Shown: positions 1-13,907, counted from the first letter of the stretch. The stretch is 64,000 nt of DNA from Octopus vulgaris (GCA_951406725.2 OX597824.1:98394001-98458000); one strand, 5' to 3'. Notes: generated by a model from the sequence alone, not told the origin. Numbers and translations are program-made.

Positions 1-335
1 GCATTTTCACACAGTTGGCTTTCTATGGCAGAGCAGCAAGAAGGAAGCCACTTCCTCAACCAATCAATATAAAGCAGAGAAAAGATTGAGCCAGTGAGAT
101 GGTGGAGAGGTCACTAGTATTTTGGGACACTGTCATATTCTCTGATGAGTCCGGATTTGCTGTATTTCCTGACACTGGTCGAGTGTGGCTTTGGGGATTC
201 TGTGATCAAGAAATTCATGTGAAAAGATTGCAGCCAACAATGAAACACGGCAGTTATTCTGTGATGATCTGGAGAGCAATCTGGAGCGATGGTCGATCAG
301 AGCTGGTGGAGTGTGAGGGAAACACAAAGTTAGAT
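1..335 (+). mobile_element. Tc1-family transposase fragment (degenerate)
   Basis: Translates to GRAARRKPL...WDTVIFSDESGF...GRVWLW...RLQPTMKHG..VMIW.AIWSDGRSELVECEGN, the Tc1 region around the first catalytic D; frameshifted and truncated. Confidence 0.85.
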
Positions 336-610
336 GAAATTTTAATGATAAAAAGAGTGTCTATTTACTTCTGCCATGTCTATGCGTATCAGTATGTATG
401 TATGAATAAGAATAGTATAAAATTTTAATTCAGAGAATCACACACACACATAAATTTCTACACACATACACACGCGTACACACTAACATATATATGTGCG
501 TGTATATATATATATTTATATACACATACACACACACATATATAAATATGTATGTATAAATATATATGTAAATCTATATAGGTATGTATATATATATATA
601 CATATATATA

Positions 611-687
<77 letters not shown>

Positions 688-689
<2 letters not shown>

Positions 690-864
690 AGAGAGTTTAC
701 GAAAAAAAAGAAGACGAAGACAGGTGGTGTACAAAACAAACAGATGTATTAGTATAACGCTCAGGAATAGAAAATGTCTTTTACGTTTCGAGCCTACGCT
801 CTTCAACAGAAAGGGACACAAAAAAGAAACAAGGAGAGAAACAAGGAGAGAAAAAATGTGTGTA

Positions 865-866
<2 letters not shown>
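688..866 (-). mobile_element. Short non-coding element (family A) with hammerhead-like motif, inside (TA)n
   Basis: Close copy at 54181-54352; flanked by TA repeats. Confidence 0.75.
776..817 (-). ncRNA. Minimal hammerhead-like motif, A6U variant
   Basis: Minus strand: guc-cc-uuu CUGUUGA a GAGC guag GCUC GAAA CG UA aaagac; stem III is the ACGU palindrome. Confidence 0.55.
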
Positions 867-916
<50 letters not shown>

Positions 917-1077
917 ATATTGGCAGGGCTGGCCTGCTAGGTAGCCGGCCAGAATGCTAGAAATAGATCATAAACGATCAAACTACAAGGGAAATTCTCT
1001 AGAGGAAGGATTCAGCGAACACCAGAACCAAATTTGGCGGGCAGGACATATGAAAAATTAAATAAAAAACAGACTTA

Positions 1078-1153
1078 AATGCATACCTCGGTTTCGGTCT
1101 TAACAAAAGAATTACTTGCATAATTCAAGTGTCCGTGACTTCTTCAGTACATT
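1078..1153 (-). ncRNA. Type I hammerhead ribozyme motif (inverted copy)
   Basis: Exact reverse complement of 1500-1575. Confidence 0.75.
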
Positions 1154-1499
1154 CGGTCCTCGAGATGCAAACCGCAAGACTAACCCCAATACACATATAT
1201 TTGAATTTTCTCTGACTCCTCAGATTTTTTGAATGCTGGACTACTGGTTTTAAATTGATATTAAAATTAATATTAATTTATCTCCCTCAATTTTTAAATA
1301 TTTAAATAAATACGTTCCCTAGTAGTAAGCTTTACCCGCAGTGAATTATTCACTGCAGCCCTTCGCTTCAGGAGTCTCTTAGCGCGCCAGAACCAAGACA
1401 TTTGAAATTTTATTCCCGATGTAATCAGTAAGACTAAGCACGTGTCTGTCTTGACACAGAGAGCTGGGGTTAGTCTTGCGGTTTGCATCTCGAGGACCG

Positions 1500-1575
1500 A
1501 ATGTACTGAAGAAGTCACGGACACTTGAATTATGCAAGTAATTCTTTTGTTAAGACCGAAACCGAGGTATGCATT
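1500..1575 (+). ncRNA. Type I hammerhead ribozyme motif
   Basis: AAUGUA CUGAAGA aGUC...GACc GAAA CCGAGG UA UGCAUU; 6-bp stem I; predicted GUA cleavage after 1569. Confidence 0.75.
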
Positions 1576-2205
1576 TAAGTCTGTTTTTTATTTAATTTTT
1601 CATATGTCCTGCCCGCCAAATTTGGTTCTGGTGTTCGCTGAATCCTTCCTCTAGAGAATTTCCCTTGTAGTTTGATCGTTTATGATCTATTTCTAGCATT
1701 CTGGCCGGCTACCTAGCAGGCCAGCCCTGCCAATATACACATATATTTGAATTTTCTCTGACTCCTCAGATTTTTTGAATGCTGGACTACTGGTTTTAAA
1801 TTGATATTAAAATTAATATTAATTTATCTCCCTCAATTTTTATATATATATATATATATATATTTGCATATATATTTATAGATACACACACACATATACA
1901 GTGCAACATTCTTGTTTTTATAAGTACCAGTTTACACATACAAACATATCAGTTTATCAACACATAAATATATAGAAATGCTACGCTAGCAGAAATACAA
2001 TTGCATACATCTTTCTCTATAAACAGACACTCGCGCAAACGTAAAGAAATGATCAAATACTGATACACCTCTCACTCTATCCCCTCCTCCCTTATCCTTC
2101 TCTCACTTGTCTCTGTATATATATATATATATATATGTATGTATGGATGGATAAATATGTGTGCCTGTGTGTATATGTGTAACACACATACATACATATA
2201 AGTAT

Positions 2206-2277
<72 letters not shown>

Positions 2278-2283
2278 TATATA

Positions 2284-2320
<37 letters not shown>

Positions 2321-2323
<3 letters not shown>

Positions 2324-2533
2324 CTTCCGGTCATTCAAAATGTAACCGCGTGTGTACCGCTGGCGATTTTTTTCCCTCTGTCTTCCCTTCTCTGGATCTT
2401 TCCTTCTCCTATGTTTCCGACGAAGAGCTCCGCTCGAAATGTTAAACCCTCCTTCTTTCCTTCTTTCCTGAGCGTCCAATAATACTTTATTTGTTCCACG
2501 TCCTTGCGTTGTTGTGTTTTTTTGTGCTTTCTT

Positions 2534-2538
<5 letters not shown>
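2321..2538 (+). mobile_element. Short element family B with hammerhead-like motif (2413-2447), inside (TA)n
   Basis: GUUU CCGACGA a GAGC ucc GCUC GAAAUGUU AAAC; homologous to 59487-59678 and to the internally deleted 3175-3283. Confidence 0.75.
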
Positions 2539-2572
<34 letters not shown>

Positions 2573-2835
2573 AAGACACACATACTATATGCACCCATAA
2601 AACAGTCACGTTTTTAATTAAAGTTCAATGTCCAATGCTGTCTTATACTTTACACTGCATATATACGTACATATTCCACATACTCATGCATGTATATGCA
2701 TTCATACATCTATCGACACACACGCCCCCCCACACATATTTGCATAAATGCAAACATTCATACATATATGCGTATATGCATCCATACACACTTTTATACA
2801 TACACGCAAATATGCATACATACATATGTACATAC

Positions 2836-3150
2836 AAGAATAACTACGCTGAACTACTGAGAAATCTGCAGTTACTCTATCCAGGTTACAAGTTCAGGTT
2901 TATACCTGTAATTATTCGAGCCCTGGGATATGTAACAGACTGCCTAAATACCAATCTTGAGAAATTAAGCTTCTCAAAGCCAGAAAGTAGAAAGCAAATT
3001 CGAACACTACAGATCCAATCCATCAGTGGAACTGTAAAAATCTGTAAAACTTTCTAGAAGTTTATCATTTAAATATATATGAGCATGTCTAGATATGCAA
3101 CTATATGCAGGAGAATACATACATAAAGCAAAACATATAAATCTGTACAT
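2836..3150 (+). mobile_element. R4/Dong-like LINE 3' end (RLE C-terminus plus 3' UTR) in (CATA)n
   Basis: KNNYAELLRNLQLLYPGYKFRFIPVIIRALGYV...SGTVKICKTF matches the K..Y..L...P.VIGALG terminus of RLE LINEs. Confidence 0.75.
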
Positions 3151-3174
3151 ACATACGTACATACATACATACAT

Positions 3175-3279
3175 ACGTGACAGCGTGTGTATCGTTGGCG
3201 ATTTTTTCATCCGTCTTCCCCTCCTTGGATCTTTCCCTCGCGTTGTGTTTTCTCTTTGTGTTTTAATGTTTGGATTAAC

Positions 3280-3283
<4 letters not shown>
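3175..3283 (+). mobile_element. Family B copy with internal deletion removing the ribozyme
   Basis: ggcgatttttt...ggatctttcc is joined directly to ctcgcgttg...ggattaacttt. Confidence 0.65.
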
Positions 3284-3324
<41 letters not shown>

Positions 3325-3329
3325 GGAAG

Positions 3330-3520
3330 GTAGAGTAGGTTTTCGTGGACTTGTAACAGATACGTCACATCTTCCCTAGAAAGTTACGCCTTTGCAATCC
3401 AAGAACAGGAGAAAACTTCTAATTATCTGAAAAAGATGAAAGATGAGGTTTTCTGTGAACTTCCATGTTGTGATAGAAAATGTTGATTGTACCTGCCAAT
3501 ATCACAGCTGGTCTCATTTT
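3330..3520 (+). mobile_element. Degenerate R4/Dong-like fragment (pre-CCHC region)
   Basis: ESYAFAIQEQEKTSNYLKKMKD...CDRKC resembles the E....A.QEQ motif before the CCHC finger. Confidence 0.5.
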
Positions 3521-4504
3521 GACTTACGTTCATTAAGCGAGTAATTCCCTTCAGGTTCGGAATTCTGTTTGGTTAATGGATAAATATAATTTACCATATT
3601 GAAATTTACGGAAATTTCCATTCGAACATTTCAAAAAGGAATTGATAATAAATCTACTTTAAAAAGGTAATATCGGTTCTCGGCAAACGAGACAATTGAT
3701 TTAATAGTTATTGTAGACGATTCGATATTCCTGATTTGCAACGAGACAAGTAAATATTTAAAGATGCCAGGTTTAACTACGGAGATGGCTTCTTATTTTT
3801 TAACTAAACTGACCTAGAGATGCTTCTCTTTAGTTAAACTGTAAGTAAACAACTGTCTATGGTACGGAACAGAAACGACTGCTTGGCTCCCCGAATGTTC
3901 ACAAAATATCTGAAGTATTATTGATAAAATATTCCATTAAGCAATAATTAAGTCAGGTTAATTAGCTTTAGTAATCAAAGATATCTCATTGGCTCTTAGA
4001 TTATTCTTTATAATCTTTGATTATCTACAAACCTTGTGAGGTGTTCTGTTTTATGTCGACAAAATATACCGTAAAACTCAGTTTTATTAACCTTAGGGAT
4101 TACAAATGTAAAAACCAAGATTTACTTGTTAATTGGACGAATGTCGTTCCTATGTGGCCCCTAATGCTTCGTAGCGTAGGTTGTTGTATATTTACAAACG
4201 CAGCAACTTCATCCCTTTCTTCCTCCTTGGACTGCTCAATGTTTCTCTTCCACACCACCGACCCCCAACCCCTCCAACAATGGCTTCTCTAAAAGCGAGA
4301 CGCTGTTGTAACTTTGATCAGATATTTGAACATTCTTTCTCTCTTTGGCTATCACTCCACCATCCAAAGGACAGTCTTCCCATTTTGAGATGCCATTTTC
4401 TAAAAGCTTAATTTATTTTTCATTTCTTCTTGAAAATCTGAGCCTGAGGCAAATTTACCGCTCCCCCCCCCCCTAACATCTGAAATATTATTTATTATTT
4501 ATAT

Positions 4505-5440
4505 TTCAGAGCTGTTCAGAGTTATTATAGAGACATAGGAGGTGCGTTAGGGTGGGTGGTTTGATGTGAAGGTGGGGTTAAGACAAGGTTGTGTGATGGC
4601 TCCGTGACTGTTTAATCTATATATGGATGGTGTGGTGAGAGAGGAGAAGGCTAGAACCCTTGGCAGGGGAGTCCAAATGGTGGGAGAAAATGGGGAGAAA
4701 TGGCAGGTGAGTCAGTTGTTGTCTGCTGATGATAGAGCACCGGGGGCGGATTGATTGGAAAGAGCAACCGAGGGGAGTGGTGGTCGAGTTTGGAAGGGTG
4801 CGTGAGAGGAGGAAACTGAAAGTGAATGTAGGTAAGAGTAAAGTGATGAGATGTTCGAGAGACGGAATGGCTGGTAGGATGGATGTGAGTATAAATGGTG
4901 AGGTGTTGGAGGAGGTGGGTGTCACGGCGGATGGGGATGTTGGCTGATGAGGGAGGGGAGTCAGATATTTGGAGTTGTGAAAGGAATGCTGAGAGATGAA
5001 AGGTTGAGTATGAAAGCGAAAATTGGTGTTTATGAGGGCGAGTGCGCCGACAATGTTATATGGTGCAGAGACGTGGGGGGGGGGCTGAGAGAGGCGGAAA
5101 GAAGGTGACTAGATGTGTTTGAGATGAGATGTTTGATGGCTATGGTTGGTGTGACACGGATGGACAGGATGAGGAATGAGGAGGTGCGAAGGTGAGCAGG
5201 AATGAGAGAAAAACTAACAACCAAAATGGATAGACGAATGTTGAGGTCGTAAGGAGGCTGATGAGGGCAGAAGTGGTAGGCAGCGGAACCAGAGGCAGAC
5301 CTCGGTTTGTATGGATGGATGGAGTGAGGAAAGCTTTGGTGGTCAGAGGTGTTGGAGCGAGAGAGGCAAGAGTGTTTGTAAATGATAGGAAAGCTTGGGA
5401 AGTGTTTGTGGACGGATGAGTGAATTTGATGTTGTCCAAA
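4505..5440 (+). mobile_element. RTE-clade LINE reverse transcriptase 3' fragment
   Basis: GWFDVKVGLRQGCVMAP*LFNLYMD...QLLSADD...LKVNVGKSKVM...LYGAETW; contains stops and frameshifts. Confidence 0.85.
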
Positions 5441-5955
5441 GGGATACGGAACCAGCATGATGTGGCGGGGGTAAACCAGCATATGCTGTCGGGTTGATGG
5501 AATTTCATTACAGATTGGAAGGTGAGAGTAGAGAGGGAAGTTTTGTCTAGTGGATGTTTCAAAAAAAGATGGGTGAATGTAGCAAGGATGGCACGTGTGA
5601 ATGATGGAGCCAGCTTCACATAATCCTATGAACAAAAAATTAAAGGAAAAAAAAGAGTCACTTACTGTAATGTGTTTTTTGCATGACATTATTGCCCGAG
5701 GTTACCGTGGTCTTTTCCGTAGGCTTTTCTTTCCACGGATAAACCTAATCTGTTTCCCCTTTTTATATTATGGCATTTCTGTGATACGCGATCCCTATTG
5801 ATCGGCAATTCTTTTTTTTTTTTTTTAAATATCCCATTTGATCAAATTTCACCACCCCTCTCCCGTTTTTTCCTTCTCTACCTAAAAAGAAAAGCTCTAC
5901 TTTGTATTTTGTCCCCTCTGTGATCAGCCCTGTGTGGCCAATAAAGAAAAATATT

Positions 5956-6080
<125 letters not shown>

Positions 6081-6213
6081 ACCTATCTATCTGTCTGTCT
6101 GTCTGTCTGTCTGCCTTTCAATCTGTCATCCATCCATCCATCCATGCATTTGTCTCTCTCTCTCTCTCTCTTCATACACACACACACATAAATATATATA
6201 TATATCTATGTCC

Positions 6214-6266
<53 letters not shown>

Positions 6267-6505
6267 ATACACCACTCCACGCCACCCTTGGCACAGAACA
6301 TACAAACACAACGACTTCTGCTCGTCTCTTGTCAAGGGTGTGGCTGAGTGTGGCCCAATACATGTGCTGGAGTATACAGGTGTTGTATACATGTGATATA
6401 TACACGTGTACTCCACAATATAAGTGTTAATACATACACATATCGCATAGATGTGCTGGTGTGTACATGAATTAATGTATACATTCCTTGGTCTATGTCT
6501 GTGCA

Positions 6506-6534
<29 letters not shown>

Positions 6535-6536
<2 letters not shown>

Positions 6537-6790
6537 TGCTGTGTCAAGGGAGAGTCATTCTCTTTTAGTGCCTTGTTATTTAACACACTCACAGGTAAAG
6601 TTTCCACTCATTTATTTATTTATTTTTCCTAGGAAAAATAAATAAGGAAATGAGTGGAAATCAAAATAGTGAGTCTGTTAGATTACAAGGCACTAAAAGA
6701 GAATCACCCTCCCCAGAGATAACAATATATGCTTCAACACACGAACTCGCATAAGGAATCTTGCGAGTCAAATGCAAAAACGAAGTATAT
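6535..6790. mobile_element. Fold-back element (family N) with loopless imperfect palindrome 6548-6713
   Basis: Arms pair around CCTAGG (6628-6633); homologous to 63255-63510. Confidence 0.75.
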
Positions 6791-6804
6791 GTGTGTGTAT
6801 GTGT

Positions 6805-6847
<43 letters not shown>

Positions 6848-6852
6848 CGTGT

Positions 6853-6911
<59 letters not shown>

Positions 6912-7238
6912 TACGAAATTAGCCGAAACTGGCCGATCAGTATAGGGAATTTCTCGACTGATGCTTTCTGGCGTTTACAGTCCCCCTCAGTCTATATGGA
7001 TACAATTCTGTCCTTTAACTACGGCGTTGGAGCTTTTTAACTCTTATTTCTAGCAATGTAGGTGTTCTAACACACTAGTCATATTTAGGGACAATTAGTT
7101 TTCCTTTTTGGTAACACATTGCACACAACTATCTATATTAATTTCATATATATAAGTACATATATACATATATATACACACATATATATATGTGTGTGTG
7201 AGTACTTATATGTATATACGAAGGCATATATATATATA

Positions 7239-7274
<36 letters not shown>

Positions 7275-7842
7275 TTCGTATGTACATATGTATGCATAAA
7301 CACATACGTGCATACATATACATACACAGATGTACCCAGATATACTTACGTATATATGTGTGTATGTGGATGCATGTATGTATCTGTGTGTGTGTGTGCG
7401 CGCGTGTGGAGCTCTCTAAGTTTATATATATGTACGTGCGTGTATAACTTTCTATTCTTATACATATACACGTACGAACATAAACGCGCGCGCACTCACA
7501 CACACACTCAGATATATATATATACACATAATCTATGTATGGGTATGTCTGCGTATGTATGCACATACGTACGCATGCATATCAATGCATGCCTATATAA
7601 ATATATATATATATATGTATATATACATAGGAATGCATCTATATGCATACGTCCGTATGTGCATACATACGCAGACATACCCATACATACATATCTACAC
7701 GTAAACATGCATACTATATACGCATGTATTCCTAAATAGAAACACTTGCACACACACACACACTGGAAGACAGATGACACCGGAAGTCGTCATTGAAACA
7801 GGCGTGTGGACGGTGACACACGTGTACTGGTTCGCCATGTTC

Positions 7843-7954
7843 ACTACTACTACTACCACTACTACTACTACTACTACTACAACAGCTACTACTACTACTA
7901 CTACCACCCTACTACTACTACTACAACAGCTACTACTACTACTACTACTACTGG

Positions 7955-7991
<37 letters not shown>
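7843..7991. repeat. (CTA)n microsatellite
   Basis: Visible directly in the sequence. Confidence 0.95.
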
Positions 7992-8314
7992 GTGACAGCG
8001 GTGTCCCCCCGCCGCCGTCGCCGCCACCCCCACCCCCTGCACCAGCGCCACCTGTGGTGCACTTGCAGCTTCAACAATAGACTCGGTACTGTTGCAACTG
8101 CACCGTTCGCGTTGCATCGTTCTCTCCTACCAATTCTGCTGCACTGTTGACGCTGCTCTGCTGCTACCGCTGTTGCGTTCCAAGACGAAGGGTCAGGTTT
8201 ACAGGGTGACGGGTTTTAAAAGGAGATGTTGTGGAGTGCATGCCTCTACTTGCTTATAAACGGTTCGTTACATTCGAAGAATTACATTCGTATTGTACCG
8301 TGGTCTTTTTTTAT

Positions 8315-8407
8315 TATAATGGTAATGATGATGATGATGATGATGATGATAACAAAAACAACAAAACGATTAATAATGATAGTTATAACAATAATAACAA
8401 TAATAAC

Positions 8408-8439
<32 letters not shown>

Positions 8440-8453
8440 TAATAATAATAATA

Positions 8454-8498
<45 letters not shown>

Positions 8499-8655
8499 GT
8501 TGTTGTTGTTGTTGTTACTGATGATTTTGTTGTTGCTGCATCACCATCACCATCATCATCATCATCATCATCATCACCATCATCATCACCACCATCATCA
8601 TCATCATCATTACCACCACCACCACCTTAATCGTTATTATTATTATTATCATTAT
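8315..8655. repeat. Compound trinucleotide microsatellite (ATG/AAT/ATT/GTT/CAT)
   Basis: Visible directly in the sequence. Confidence 0.9.
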
Positions 8656-8999
8656 TTTTATAGCGGCTTCTGACGTTCTGCTTTTAATTCGGCCAATATT
8701 AAATTTGCCCTTCGTTCAGTCTGGGTCGGTCAAATAAAGGGCCATTCGAGCATCGGGGTTGATATAACCGACCTTTCTCTTCCCATCAAACACTGGTTGA
8801 GCCTGAGCCAAAATTCGAATCCATTATCAAACTTGTTTACACGCAAAAGACCATCACAACAGCAACACGCCCCCCACACCCACACACGTTCTTTCTTTCG
8901 TCCTGTCCTGTCCCCTGATGTTTTCCTTAATGTAAACCCTTTGTGGTCAATAAAGAAATCCTTGCTATGATTAAGATGATGATGATGATGATTAAGATG

Positions 9000-9170
9000 A
9001 CGAGCGAGCGGAATGGTGACCGCGCTGGACAAAATTCTTCCCATTCCTTAAGTTCTGAGTTCCAATTCCGCCCGAGGTCAACTTTGCCTCTGATCCTTTC
9101 GCGGGGTCAATGAAATAAAGCACCCTTTGAACGCTGGGGCTGACTGTCATCGAATATAGCCTCCAGCCCC
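9000..9170 (+). mobile_element. Degenerate tRNA-derived SINE
   Basis: Similar to 31928-32158 (gagttc.aattccgcc.gaggtcaactttgcct). Confidence 0.65.
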
Positions 9171-10064
9171 CCAACAGAAATCATAAAAATTATTAACGTC
9201 GGTGCCACCTCGATGCAATACCACCAACGCATTGACGTTCTTGAAAGGCATCAACGCCCTCACCTCCCGTCTCTCCATATTTCAAGACCATTTCAAAGAA
9301 AGAACTAATAACCGCAATTCTTGTTCTAATGTTGCTGGTCGACTAAAGATGTCGTTGCTGCCAGCAGGGATTCAAGCTGGGTTCAATGCCACGGTCAGTG
9401 CTACGACGGCTGCGATGATTGGACGGCAGCTGAAGTGGGCGGGGACTCTCGCACGGTAATTAATTATTCAGCCAGGTAAGTTATCAGGTCTCTGGCATCA
9501 GTCAGCACATCGTTGTCTGCTGTGCAGACGAGTAACATCGCCACCATCACCATGACAACAACCAGCATCAACAACATCACCGCCACCGCCGCTACCCACC
9601 CCCCGCTATCACCTCCACCACCACCATTACTACAAGCACTAAAGAAAACCAGCACGAACAGCACCATCACTACCATCACGATCAATAGTAAAAACATTAG
9701 CAGCATCATCATCATCATCAGTAAACACAATCCACAATCCCACCACCGCCGCCACCACGTCTATCACTGTCGCCATAACCACCAATATCATCATATCACA
9801 ATCACCATCGGCATAACCAACGATAGTTCCACTAAAACCACCACCACCACCATTACTTACACACACACGCACACACACACACGCACATGCATATGCATAT
9901 ATATATGTATATATTTATATATGTATATACATACATACATGCATATATATATGAACCTGGGCATGTACATGTATACGTATATTTATATGTATGTTGTACA
10001 TATGTTTGCAGATATACGTATATATAAATATACATGTATGGATGCGCATGCATGCATGTATATA

Positions 10065-10112
<48 letters not shown>

Positions 10113-10129
10113 ATGTATATTTATATCTG

Positions 10130-10174
<45 letters not shown>

Positions 10175-10196
10175 ATTTATATCTGTATATAAATGC

Positions 10197-10244
<48 letters not shown>

Positions 10245-10885
10245 CGCTTGCAAATGTATACGTATGCATGTAAATTAATGTTTGACACACTAAGCCGTGG
10301 GTTTTCGAGAGTTTACACATACCGTGGAATAAATCTGTCGTAGTAATAAACACTTTAGCAAATATGGTGTGTTTTGTAATTGTATATCGCAGATAAATTG
10401 AAACAAATGTCTTTATAATGTCAATGTGGAGAGAAAAACAATTATTTCGTTAACAGACGTGGATTTCATTTGAGAAACTGATAAGAGATAGCAACCTCAT
10501 CTTATACCTGTAGTCTTTTCATGTAGATGTCGTATGTATAGTCACTACAATTAGGGACTTCACTAAACCGGAAAACCTGATTTGCATAAACGGTAGTAAC
10601 GGACACTGCAGTTTCATTAAGATGTGTAGCAATGGCGGGAAGCACCGCAGTGGTGGGCACGGTAATGACAACAACGAAATCCACAGCAGCAGCAGCAACA
10701 ACAACAACAACGACGACAACAACAACAACAACGAAATCCACAGAAATAGCAGAGTGATATTATCATTACTTTCAACATGGACGTACACGTGTGCGCATAC
10801 GCACACACGCACGGACACACACACACAGACACACAGAGACACACACACACACACAGAGGCACGCACGCATACATACACACACTGT

Positions 10886-10920
<35 letters not shown>

Positions 10921-11200
10921 TACACACACACACAAATAAACATGCTCAATTTAGAGCGGATTTCACTTGATTGCATAACATCGGTCACAGAAATTCCTTT
11001 GAAACTAGTGGACCCTTGTCATCAATAGTGATAGGTTTAAGTGTCTCCCTTACTTTAATATAATAACAAAATATATATAAAAAATTACTTTTCTATTCAA
11101 ATAGAGATCTATTCACTCGCCGCATGAGTTTGCATTGAGCAATCACGAGCAAAACTTCACTTTTCTGGTCAATATTTGCTTTGATATTTCACGAATATCA

Positions 11201-11395
11201 GCGGCGAGCTGGTAGAAGCGTTAGCACGCCGAGTATAATGCTTTGTAGCCTTTCGTCTGTTTGTACGTTCGAGTTCAAATTTCGCCGAGGTCGACTTTGT
11301 CTTTCGGGTTGATATAAATAAGTACCAGTTGAGCACTGGGGTCGATTTAATTGATTTTCACAGAATTTCAGGCCTTGTGCCTAAAGTAGAAAAAA
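11201..11395 (+). mobile_element. tRNA-derived SINE
   Basis: gcggcgagctggtagaagcgttagcacg...gagttcaaatttcgccgaggtcgactttg; same family as 31928-32158. Confidence 0.8.
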
Positions 11396-13824
11396 TTTTA
11401 CTCAAAGGAAAATTCCATCGATTACAGAAAAGTTATCTTTGATAATATTCTACGCTTTCCTGCGTTACTGTTTTCTTTTGCCCGTGTGCTACGCTTACGC
11501 GAAGGGAGATAATAACTCGAATGGAGAACTATATATAGAAAGAGGGAGAAGGGGAGACTAAGAGAGAAAAAGGAAGAAGGGGAAGAGAAAACTGAGAGAG
11601 AGAGAGAGAGAGAGTGAGTCTCTATTATTCTGCATTTGTGTGCTCAAATCGCAGGCACGGTCGAAACAATGTCGAAATGTTGTGAAACAATGTCATGAAG
11701 ATTTATAAATTTAACTACTATAAAAGATATATCGATAGATAGCTAAATTAAAGTGAAATAGCTTTAGTTATCAAACAGCTGTGGATGTTACACTTGCATC
11801 ATTTACATGTTCCAGACCAGAGGCACCGCCATTATTAACTTTTCTGTTATTTGGTTTAAATACTTATGGTATTATGAGAGTAGACAGATACAGAGGGGAA
11901 TGCAGATATGATCGTTAATGAGCTAATTAGCTAAATAGATATGTATCAAGGTACGTCTACAGATATGCAAACAGAGAAATATATTAATAGCTATACAAGT
12001 AGCTATGGAGCTGAACTGACCTGAACTGAACTGAAATGAAAATAATCTCAATTGATAAATAACTTTGACTGATCCTTGGCGGTTGTTGGACAATGAAAAA
12101 TGTATTTTATTTTATATAAGAATAAGTTTTATCATCTTAATTCATCTTTTGTATCCTTAAACTATAAAGCACAACACATTTGTCAACCATATTAAAAGAA
12201 GAAACACAAGCAACATTTTCTAAGCTCATTTCGATTATCTTTAAAAGGACAGTTTTGATTAAAAGGCAGGATTTCAAATGAATTCTTTGAAATTCCTTCT
12301 TCGGGTTTACTATAATGATTTCAAATAAGCTGACTTACATTGTGGAATTTCCGAAGTCCTGTTGGTCAACTTTGAATGTTGAGCAAGCAGAAGAATGGCA
12401 GGTAATATTTAATTTCGTAAATTTGGGGGGGTTTTTTCAGGGCGAAGTTTGAAATTACTTTTATTTTTATTTCCATCCTTTTTACTACTAAATACTACAA
12501 AGAAAAGTAAACTGCGAAAAGACTGGAGAAAATAAGTGTGTTTCAATATGATCCAGACACTGGCTTTGCGAATTGTTAACGGCCATTGCAAGTACAATAT
12601 TAACAAACCGTTAAGGGGAGATCACTGGAGGATAAATGAATAATTATACTCGTTTCCCACAACCTGTCATCAGTTCATAAAAGCGTATAGTAACATTGGA
12701 AATAAATTCAGTAGGGCTTGATTTAACTTCCTTTGTATTACACGAAATATATAAAAGCACACAAGGTATTTATTACACAAATAATATTATAATATATATT
12801 GTTATAAGAATGGTTGAATGGAGCATGATATTGAACATTTTATGTAAACAACATTTACATATGTTCCACTCGGTTCAAAGAAATATATCTTATCGATTAT
12901 CGATATAAGGATCATTTGATATATTTTTAATCGAACACAATTAACGATCAATAGTTGTTAAGTTTCCAACAGATCAATCAATAGCTTACTGTATTTATGA
13001 TGACCAGAGTGGCAGAAGAAGAGGGTCACCAGTTTGTCGAATCTCCATGATGATTATAGCCATCATCAATATCCATTATTGAATGATGCACATCCATGTA
13101 TCCATTCATCCAACAATACACACACACACACATATATATATATGTATATATGTACGTATATATGTACGTATATATATACATATATATATACACACACATA
13201 TATATATATGTACACACACATATGTATATATATATATACAAACACACACATGTGTAGTTTTAATTACTTAAAAGGTAAATCGTTTGTGATGTGCAAAATT
13301 TCTTTTACGCATCAATTGAGTAATTCTGGCGGTAAAACAGAAAAGGGAAACAAATTGGAATTGCGTTTCCTCAAAAATTAATTAAAAACAGAATCCAGTG
13401 AGGAGTGAGTGTAATTATTGATTATGATAAATGTGGAACGTTTCGGTCTTACTTTATCTTGTCACCGGAATATAGTGCAACCGTGGAGAGAGAGAGAGAG
13501 GGAGAGAGAGAGAGAGAGGAGAAAGTAAGAGAAATAGAAGTGATAGAGAAAGAAAGAAAGAGGCGGGAGAGATGACGTATAAGGTTGTTGGAGATGAACG
13601 CTGTAGCAGCTTAACAACGATGAGCCAATGTCACCTGCTGCAGGAAAAACAAACAGTAAAGCTGTCACTGGCAGTTTCAAGGCCGTGAGTCAACAGACTG
13701 GAAGCAATAAGCAGTGAGGATCAAAAGAACAATGCTCACGATCTGTACCCCCGCCCCCCACCACCACCACCCCACTCTTTCCTCACTCTAAATATACTTA
13801 AACATAAATTCACAGACACATGAA

Positions 13825-13907
<83 letters not shown>

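Larger units (their letters stand above)
912..1842. mobile_element. Young PLE-type non-autonomous insertion: 277-bp inverted copy plus about 1.2 tandem copies of a 546-bp unit
   Basis: 912-1188 is the reverse complement of 1465-1741 with no mismatch seen; 1189-1296 repeats directly at 1735-1842 (offset 546); TA/TG tracts on both sides. Confidence 0.85.

Noticed and set aside
142-160. CTGATGAGTCCGGAT hammerhead-like start
   Set aside because: Encodes the transposase FSDES motif; no GAAA or stem I follows.
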